This document shows positions 54,801-64,000 of a DNA stretch of 64,000 nt, piece after piece (the first letter of the stretch is position 1; every line of letters starts with the position of its first letter). Below the pieces are notes generated by a model, which was given only the letters and a program-made list of their open reading frames with translations, did no database searches and had not been told where the DNA came from. This DNA comes from Auanema rhodensis (Eukaryota > Animalia > Nematoda): positions 23,684,001-23,748,000 of the forward strand of contig OZ059900.1 in NCBI GenBank assembly GCA_964057225.1, given 5' to 3'. The position numbers were made by a program, and so were the translations under genes.

Positions 54801-57800
54801 GTATGTAACACGCTGAAATTCGTTGCATTTGACGACTCATATGAACAAAAATCGATTTAATCAATATTAGCCATAAGGGTCGTGCTCTCAGAATATGCTA
54901 ATTTCCTTAATTTTCTAACCCCTGTTTTTTTGTCGTGAAAGTGGAACTAGACGTTGTAGGAACAGTTTTGAGCTAGGTTTCATTGACATTGCATGAGTTT
55001 GAACACATGAAATCGTAAGTCAAAACCTTGTTTACAGCGAAATTTCCAAAAAGTGGTTTTCCAGCATAATAAAATATTTCTCATGGGAAATACTGTGTTT
55101 TTGTATTTTTCTAGTGTTCAGCATGTAAAATGCTTCATTTTAGTATGTAACAGGCTGAAATTCGTTGCATTTGACGACTCATATGAACAAAAATCGATTT
55201 AATCAATATTAGCCATAAGGGGCGTGCCCTCAGAATATGCTAATTTCCTTAATTTTCTAACCCCTGTTTTTTGTCGTGAAAGTGGAACTAGACGTTGTAG
55301 GAACAATTTTGAGCTAGGTTTCATTGACATTGCATGAGTTTGAACACATGAAATCGTAAGTCAAAACCTTGTTTACAGCGAAATTTCCAAAAACTGGTTT
55401 TCCAGCATAATAAAATATTTCTCATGGGAAATACTGTGTTTTTGTATTTTTCTAGTGTTCAGCATGTAAAATACTTCATTTTAGTATGTAACACGCTGAA
55501 ATTTGTTGCATTTGACGACTCATATGAACAAAAATCGATTTAATCAATATTAGCCATAAGGGGCGTGCCCTCAGAATATGCTAATTTCCTAAATTTTCTA
55601 ACCCCTGTTTTTTTGTCGTGAAAGTGGAACTAGACGTTGTACGAACAATTTTGAGCTAGGTTTCATTGACATTGCATGAGTTTGAACACATGAAATCGTA
55701 AGTCATAACCTTGTTTACAGCGAAATTTCCAAAAACTGGTTTTCCAGCATAATAAAATATTTCTCATGGGAAATACTGTGTTTTTGTATTTTTCTAGTGT
55801 TCAGCATGTAAAATACTTCATTTTAGTATGTAACACGCTGAAATTCGTTGCATTTGACGACTTATATGAACAAAAATCGATTTAATCAATATTAGCCATA
55901 AGGGGCGTGCCCTCAGAATATGCTAATTTCCTAAATTTTCTAACCCCTGTTTTTTTGTCGTGAAAGTGGAACTAGACGTTGTACGAACAATTTTGAGCTA
56001 GGTTTCATTGACATTGCATGAGTTTGAACACATGAAATCGTAAGTCAAAACCTTGTTTACAGCGAAAATTCCAAAAACTGGTTTCCAGCATAATAAAATA
56101 TTTCTCATGGGAAATACTGTGTTTTTGTATTTTTCTAGTGTTCAGCATGTAAAATGCTTCATTTTAGTATGTAACACGATGAAATTCGTTGCATTTGACG
56201 ACTCATATGAACAAAAATCGATTTAATCAATATTAGCCATAAGGGGCGTGCCCTCAGAATATGCTAATTTCCTTAATTTTCTAACCCCTGTTTTTTTGTC
56301 GTAAAAGTGGAATTAGACGTTGTAGGAACAATTTTGAGCTAGGTTTCATTGACATTGCATGAGTTTCAACACATGAAATCGTAAGTCAAAACCTTGTTTA
56401 CAGCGAAATTTCCAAAAACTGGTTTTCCAGCATAATAAAATATTTCTCATGGGAAAAACTGTGTTTTTGTATTTTTCTAGTGTTCAGCTTGTAAAATGCT
56501 TCATTTTAGTATGTAACACGCTGAAATTTGTTGCATTTGACGACTCATATGAACAAAAATCGATTTAATCAATATTAGCCATAAGGGGCGTGCCCTCAGA
56601 ATATGCTAATTTCCTTAATTTTCTAACCCCTGTTTTTTTGTCGTGAAAGTGGAACTAGACGTTGTACGAACAATTTTGAGCTAGGTTTCATTGACATTGC
56701 ATGAGTTTGAACATATGAAATCGTAAGTCAAAACCTTGTTTACAGCGAAATTTCCAAAAACTGGTTTTCCAGCATAATAAAATATTTCTTATGGGAAATA
56801 CTGTGTTTTTGTATTTTTCTAGTGTTCAGCATGTAAAATACTTCATTTTAGTATGTAACACGCTGAAATTCGTTGCATTTGACGACTCATATGAACAAAA
56901 ATCGATTTAATCAATATTAGCCATAAGGGGCGTGCCCTCAGAATATGCTAATTTCCTAAATTTTCTAACCCCTGTTTTTTTGTCGTGAAAGTGGAACTAG
57001 ACGTTGTACGAACAGTTTTGAGCTAGGTTTCATTGACATTGCATGAGTTTGAACACATGAAATCGTAAGTCAAAACCTTGTTTACAGCGAAATTTCCAAA
57101 AACTGGTTTTCCAGCATAATAAAATATTTCTTATGGGAAATACTGTGTTTTTGTATTTTTCTAGTGTTCAGCATGTAAAATACTTCATTTTAGTATGTAA
57201 CACGCTGACATTCGTTGCATTTGACGACTCATATGAACAAAAATCGATTTAATCAATATTAGCCATAAGGGGCGTGCCCTCAGAATATGCTAATTTCCTA
57301 AATTTTCTAACCCCTGTTTTTTTGTCGTGAAAGTGGAACTAGACGTTGTACGAACAGTTTTGAGCTAGGTTTCATTGACATTGCATGAGTTTGAACACAT
57401 GAAATCGTAAGTCAAAACCTTGTTTACAGCGAAATTTCCAAAAACTGGTTTTCCAGCATAATAAAATATTTCTTATGGGAAATACTGTGTTTTTGTATTT
57501 TTCTAGTGTTCAGCATGTAAAATACTTCATTTTAGTATGTAACACGCTGACATTCGTTGCATTTGACGACTCATATGAACAAAAATCGATTTAATCAATA
57601 TTAGCCATAAGGGGCGTGCCCTCAGAATATGCTAATTTCCTAAATTTTCTAACCCCTGTTTTTTTGTCGTGAAAGTGGAACTAGACGTTGTACGAACAGT
57701 TTTGAGCTAGGTTTCATTGACATTGCATGAGTTTGAACACATGAAATCGTAAGTCAAAACCTTGTTTACAGCGAAAATTCCAAAAACTGGTTTTCCAGCA

Positions 57801-59071
57801 TAATAAAATATTTCTTATGGGAAATACTGTGTTTTTGTATTTTTCTAGTGTTCAGCATGTAAAATGCTTCATTTTAGTATGTAACACGCTGAAATTCGTT
57901 GCATTTGACGACTCATATGAACAAAAATCGATTTAATCAATATTAGCCATAAGGGGCGTGCCCTCAGAATATGCTAATTTCCTTAATTTTCTAACCCCTG
58001 TTTTTTTGTCGTGAAAGTGGAACTAGACGTTGTACAAACAATTTTGAGCTAGGTTTCATTGACATTGCATGAGTTTGAACACATGAAATCGTAAGTCAAA
58101 ACCTTGTTTACAGCGAAATTTCCAAAAACTGGTTTTCCAGCATAATAAAATATTTCTTATGGGAAATACTGTGTTTTTGTATTTTTCTAGTGTTCAGCAT
58201 GTAAAATACTTCATTTTAGTATGTAACACGCTGAAATTCGTTGCATTTGACGACTCATATGAACAAAAATCGATTTAATCAATATTAGCCATAAGGGGCG
58301 TGCCCTCAGAATATGCTAATTTCCTAAATTTTCTAACCCCTGTTTTTTTGTCGTGAAAGTGGAACTAGACGTTGTACGAACAGTTTTGAGCCAGGTTTCT
58401 TTGACATTGCATGAGTTTGAACACATGAAATCGTAAGTCAAAACCTTGTTTACAGCGAAATTTCCAAAAACTGGTTTTCCAGCATAATAAAATATTTCTC
58501 ATGGGAAATACTGTGTTTTTGTATTTTTCTAGTGTTCAGCATGTAAAATGCTTCATTTTAGTATGTAACACGCTGAAATTCGTTGCATTTGACGACTCAT
58601 ATGAACAAAAATCGATTTAATCAATATTAGCCATAAGGGTCGTGCCCTCAGAATATGCTAATTTCCTTAATTTTCTAACCCCTGTTTTTTTGTCGTGAAA
58701 GTGGAACTAGACGTTGTAGGAACAGTTTTGAGCTAGGTTTCATTGACATTGCATGAGTTTGAACACATGAAATCGTAAGTCAAAACCTTGTTTACAGCGA
58801 AATTTCCAAAAAGTGGTTTTCCAGCATAATAAAATATTTCTCATGGGAAATACTGTGTTTTTGTATTTTTCTAGTGTTCAGCATGTAAAATGCTTCATTT
58901 TAGTATGTAACAGGCTGAAATTCGTTGCATTTGACGACTCATATGAACAAAAATCGATTTAATCAATATTAGCCATAAGGGGCGTGCCCTCAGAATATGC
59001 TAATTTCCTTAATTTTCTAACCCCTGTTTTTTGTCGTGAAAGTGGAACTAGACGTTGTAGGAACAATTTTG
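47790..59071 (+). repeat. Satellite B 11-monomer HOR (3760-3761 bp): two near-identical copies and a third remodelled copy
   Basis: Three-copy markers: the T of AGGGTC at 51119/54880/58640, AGTGGTTTT 51291/55052/58812, CAGGCTG 51390/55151/58911. Two-copy markers: 48071/51832, 49261/53022, 49661/53422. Confidence 0.9.
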
Positions 59072-60367
59072 AGCTAGGTTTCATTGACATTGCATGAGTT
59101 TGAACACATGAAATCGTAAGTCAAAACCTTGTTTACAGCGAAATTTCCAAAAACTGGTTTTCCAGCATAATAAAATATTTCTCATGGGAAATACTGTGTT
59201 TTTGTATTTTTCTAGTGTTCAGCATGTAAAATACTTCATTTTAGTATGTAACACGCTGAAATTCGTTGCATTTGACGACTCATATGAACAAAAATCGATT
59301 TAATCAATATTAGCCATAAGGGGCGTGCCCTCAGAATATGCTAATTTCCTAAATTTTCTAACCCCTGTTTTTTTGTCGTGAAAGTGGAACTAGACGTTGT
59401 ACGAACAATTTTGAGCTAGGTTTCATTGACATTGCATGAGTTTGAACACATGAAATCGTAAGTCATAACCTTGTTTACAGCGAAATTTCCAAAAACTGGT
59501 TTTCCAGCATAATAAAATATTTCTCATGGGAAATACTGTGTTTTTGTATTTTTCTAGTGTTCAGCATGTAAAATACTTCATTTTAGTATGTAACACGCTG
59601 AAATTCGTTGCATTTGACGACTTATATGAACAAAAATCGATTTAATCAATATTAGCCATAAGGGGCGTGCCCTCAGAATATGCTAATTTCCTAAATTTTC
59701 TAACCCCTGTTTTTTTGTCGTGAAAGTGGAACTAGACGTTGTACGAACAATTTTGAGCTAGGTTTCATTGACATTGCATGAGTTTGAACACATGAAATCG
59801 TAAGTCAAAACCTTGTTTACAGCGAAAATTCCAAAAACTGGTTTCCAGCATAATAAAATATTTCTCATGGGAAATACTGTGTTTTTGTATTTTTCTAGTG
59901 TTCAGCATGTAAAATGCTTCATTTAAGTATGTAACACGCTGAAATTCGTTGCATTTGACTACTCATATGAACAAAAATCGATTTAATCAATATTAGCCAT
60001 AAGGGGCGTGCCCTCAGAATATGCTAATTTCCTTAATTTTCTAACCCCTGTTTTTTTGTCGTGAAAGTGGAACTAGACGTTGTACAAACAATTTTGAGCT
60101 AGGTTTCATTGACATTGCATGAGTTTGAACACATGAAATCGTAAGTCAAAACCTTGTTTACAGCGAAATTTCCAAAAACTGGTTTTCCAGCATAATAAAA
60201 TATTTCTCATGGGAAAAACTGTGTTTTTGTATTTTTCTAGTGTTCAGCTTGTAAAATGCTTCATTTTAGTATGTAACACGCTGAAATTTGTTGCATTTGA
60301 CGACTCATATGAACAAAAATCGATTTAATCAATATTAGCCATAAGGGGCGTGCCCTCAGAATATGCT

Positions 60368-60560
60368 AAAACTGGTTTTCCAGCATAATAAAATATTTCT
60401 CATGGGAAAAACTGTGTTTTTGTATTTTTCTAGTGTTCAGCATGTAAAATGCCTCATTTTAGTATGTAACACGCTGAAATTCGTTGCATTTGACGACTCA
60501 TATGAACAAAAATCGATTTAATCAATATTAGCCATAAGGGGCGTGCCCTCAGAATATGCT
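60368..60560 (+). repeat. Fifth 193-bp truncated satellite B unit
   Basis: ATATGCTAAAACTGGTTTTC at 60361, the same junction as at 14116. Confidence 0.95.
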
Positions 60561-60631
60561 AATTTCCTTAATTTTCTAACCCCTGTTTTTTTGTCGTGAA
60601 AGAGGAACTAGACGTTGTACGAACAATTTTG

Positions 60632-62339
60632 AGCTAAGTTTCATTGACATTGCATGAGTTTGAACACATGAAATTGTAAGTCAAAACCTTGTTTACAGCG
60701 AAATTTCCAAAAACTGGTTTTCCAGCATAATAAAATATTTCTTATGGGAAATACTGTGTTTTTGTATTTTTCTAGTGTTCAGCATGTAAAATGCTTCATT
60801 TTAGTATGTAACACGCTGAAATTCGTTGCATTTGACGACTCATATGAACAAAAATCGATTTAATCAATATTAGCCATAAGGGGCGTGCCCTCAGAATATG
60901 CTAATTTCCTTAATTTTCTAACCCCTGTTTTTTTGTCGTGAAAGTGGAACTAGACGTTGTACGAACAATTTTGAGCTAGGTTTCATTAACATTGCATGAG
61001 TTTGAACTCATGAAATCGTAAGTCAAAACCTTGTTTACAGCGAAAATTCCAAAAACTGGTTTCCAGCATAATAAAATATTTCTCATGGGAAATACTGTGT
61101 TTTTGTATTTTTCTAGTGTTCAGCATGTAAAATGCTTCATTTAAGTATGTAACACGCTGAAATTCGTTGCATTTGACTACTCATATGAACAAAAATCGAT
61201 TTAATCAATATTAGCCATAAGGGGCGTGCCCTCAGAATATGCTAATTTCCTTAATTTTCTAACCCCTGTTTTTTTGTCGTGAAAGTGGAACTAGACGTTG
61301 TACAAACAATTTTGAGCTAGGTTTCATTGACATTGCATGAGTTTGAACACATGAAATCGTAAGTCATAACCTTGTTTACAGCGAAATTTCCAAAAACTGG
61401 TTTTCCAGCATAATAAAATATTTCTCATGGGAAATACTGTGTTTTTGTATTTTTCTAGTGTTCAGCATGTAAAATACTTCATTTTAGTATGTAACACGCT
61501 GAAATTCGTTGCATTTGACGACTCATATGAACAAAAATCGATTTAATCAATATTAGCCATAAGGGGCGTGCCCTCAGAATATGCTAATTTCCTTAATTTT
61601 CTAACCCCTGTTTTTTTGTCGTGAAAGTGGAACTAGACGTTGTACGAACAATTTTGAGCTAAGTTTCATTGACATTGCATGAGTTTGAACACATGAAATT
61701 GTAAGTCAAAACCTTGTTTACAGCGAAATTTCCAAAAACTGGTTTTCCAGCATAATAAAATATTTCTTATGGGAAATACTGTGTTTTTGTATTTTTCTAG
61801 TGTTCAGCATGTAAAATGTTTCATTTTAGTATGTAACACGCTGAAATTCGTTGCATTTGACGACTCATATGAACAAAAATCGATTTAATCAATATTAGCC
61901 ATAAGGGGCGTGCCCTCAGAATATGCTAATTTCCTTAATTTTCTAACCCCTGTTTTTTTGTCGTGAAAGTGGAACTAGACGTTGTACGAACAATTTTGAG
62001 CTAGGTTTCATTAACATTGCATGAGTTTGAACTCATGAAATCGTAAGTCAAAACCTTGTTTACAGCGAAAATTCCAAAAACTGGTTTCCAGCATAATAAA
62101 ATATTTCTCATGGGAAATACTGTGTTTTTGTATTTTTCTAGTGTTCAGCATGTAAAATGCTTCATTTAAGTATGTAACACGCTGAAATTCGTTGCATTTG
62201 ACTACTCATATGAACAAAAATCGATTTAATCAATATTAGCCATAAGGGGCGTGCCCTCAGAATATGCTAATTTCCTTAATTTTCTAACCCCTGTTTTTTT
62301 GTCGTGAAAGTGGAACTAGACGTTGTACAAACAATTTTG
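60632..62339 (+). repeat. Satellite B distal 3-monomer duplication (1025 bp)
   Basis: GAGCTAAG 60631/61656, AAATTGTAAG 60671/61696, and the CATTAAC...GAACTCATG monomer at ~60975/~62000. Confidence 0.8.
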
Positions 62340-64000
62340 AGCTAGATTTCATTAACATTGCATGAGTTTGAACACATGAAATCGTAAGTCAAAACCTTGT
62401 TTACAGCGAAATTTCCAAAAACTGGTTTTCCAGCATAATAAAATATTTCTCATGGGAAATACTGTGTTTTTGTATTTTTCTAGTGTTCAGCATGTAAAAT
62501 GCCTCATTTTAGTATGTAACACGCTGAAATTCTTTGCATTTGACGACTCATATGAACAAAAATCGATTTAATCAATATTAGCCATAAGGGGCGTGCCCTC
62601 AGAATATGCTAATTTCCTTAATTTTCTAACCCCTGTTTTTTTGTCGTGAAAGTGGAATTAGACGTTGTACGAACAATTTTGAGCTAGGTTTCATTGACAT
62701 TGCATGAGTTTGAACACATGAAATCGTAAGTCAAAACCTTGTTTGCAGCGAAATTTCCAAAAACTGGTTTTCCAGCATAATAAAATATTTCTCATGGGAA
62801 ATACTGTGTTTTTGTATTTTTCTAGTGTTCAGCATGTAAAATGCTTCATTTTAGTATGTAACACGCTGAAATTCGTTGCATTTGACGACTCATATGAACA
62901 AAAATCGATTTAATCAATATTAGCCATAAGGGGCGTGCCCTCAGAATATGCTAATTTCCTTAATTTTCTAACCCCTGTTTTTTTGTCGTAAAAGTGGAAT
63001 TAGACGTTGTAGGAACAATTTTGAGCTAGGTTTCATTGACATTGCATGAGTTTCAACACATGAAATCGTAAGTCAAAACCTTGTTTACAGCGAAATTTCC
63101 AAAAACTGGTTTTCCAGCATAATAAAATATTTCTCATGGGAAATACTGTGTTTTTGTATTTTTCTAGTGTTCAGCATGTAAAATACTTCATTTTAGTATG
63201 TAACACGCTGAAATTCGTTGCATTTGACGACTCATATGAACAAAAATCGATTTAATCAATATTAGCCATAAGGGGCGTGCCCTCAGAATATGCTAATTTC
63301 CTTAATTTTCTAACCCCTGTTTTTTTGTCGTGAAAGTGGAACTAGACGTTGTACGAACAATTTTGAGCTAGGTTTCATTGACATTGCATGAGTTTGAACT
63401 CATGAAATCGTAAGTCAAAACCTTGTTTACAGCGAAAATTCCAAAAACTGGTTTCCAGCATAATAAAATATTTCTCATGGGAAATACTGTGTTTTTGTAT
63501 TTTTCTAGTGTTCAGCATGTAAAATGCTTCATTTTAGTATGTAACACGCTGAAATTCGTTGCATTTGACGACTCATATGAACAAAAATCGATTTAATCAA
63601 TATTAGCCATAAGGGGCGTGCCCTCAGAATATGCTAATTTCCTTAATTTTCTAACCCCTGTTTTTTTGTCGTGAAAGTGGAACTAGACGTTGTACGAACA
63701 ATTTTGAGCTAGGTTTCATTGACATTGCATGAGTTTGAACTCATGAAATCGTAAGTCAAAACCTTGTTTACAGCGAAAATTCCAAAAACTGGTTTCCAGC
63801 ATAATAAAATATTTCTCATGGGAAATACTGTGTTTTTGTATTTTTCTAGTGTTCAGCATGTAAAATGCTTCATTTTAGTATGTAACACGCTGAAATTCGT
63901 TGCATTTGACGACTCATATGAACAAAAATCGATTTAATCAATATTAGCCATAAGTGGCGTGCCCTCAGAATATGCTAATTTCCTTAATTTTCTAACCCCT

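Larger units (their letters stand above)
12138..64000 (+). repeat. Satellite B: head-to-tail 342-bp monomers (~149 full + five 193-bp units), running off the window end
   Basis: AGCTAGGTTTCATTGAC starts at 12138, 12480, 12822, 13162 and onward. Orientation is uniform and monomers differ by only a few substitutions or 1-2 bp indels. Strand is arbitrary. Confidence 0.99.

Noticed and set aside
1-64000. CRISPR array or other repeat-spacer system
   Set aside because: Units are 225-342 bp and repeated along their whole length, with no unique spacers, leader or cas genes.
12138-64000. Identity with primate alpha satellite (342 = 2 x 171; short shared words CTCAGAA, AAGTGGA, AACTAGAC)
   Set aside because: The matches are short, and their spacing and order do not fit the alpha consensus as I recall it. 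A Dfam/Repbase/BLAST search would be needed for any family or species assignment, since monomer length alone is not diagnostic.

Overview
The window is entirely non-coding, AT-rich tandem satellite DNA, most likely eukaryotic (peri)centromeric heterochromatin; I cannot name the organism. It holds two unrelated families joined directly at 12137/12138. Satellite A (1-12137) has 225-bp and 232-bp monomers that differ by a 7-bp indel and form a 16-monomer, 3649-bp higher-order repeat (HOR). It flips orientation at 6927, giving a multi-kb imperfect palindrome with a 74-bp spacer. Satellite B (12138-64000) is a very homogeneous 342-bp monomer (about 149 full units plus five 193-bp truncated units) with traces of an old 2 x ~171-bp dimer and many dyad symmetries. 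Point variants reveal local 2-, 3-, 4-, 5-, 8-, 11- and 18-monomer duplications, and one marked block recurs 46,252 bp apart. I find no credible protein-coding gene, RNA gene, CRISPR array or transposon, and the four 69-aa ORFs arise from a single-base loss of a stop codon in a few monomers. The interest is in array architecture and history, not in a new gene system. All periods were counted by hand from landmark variants.
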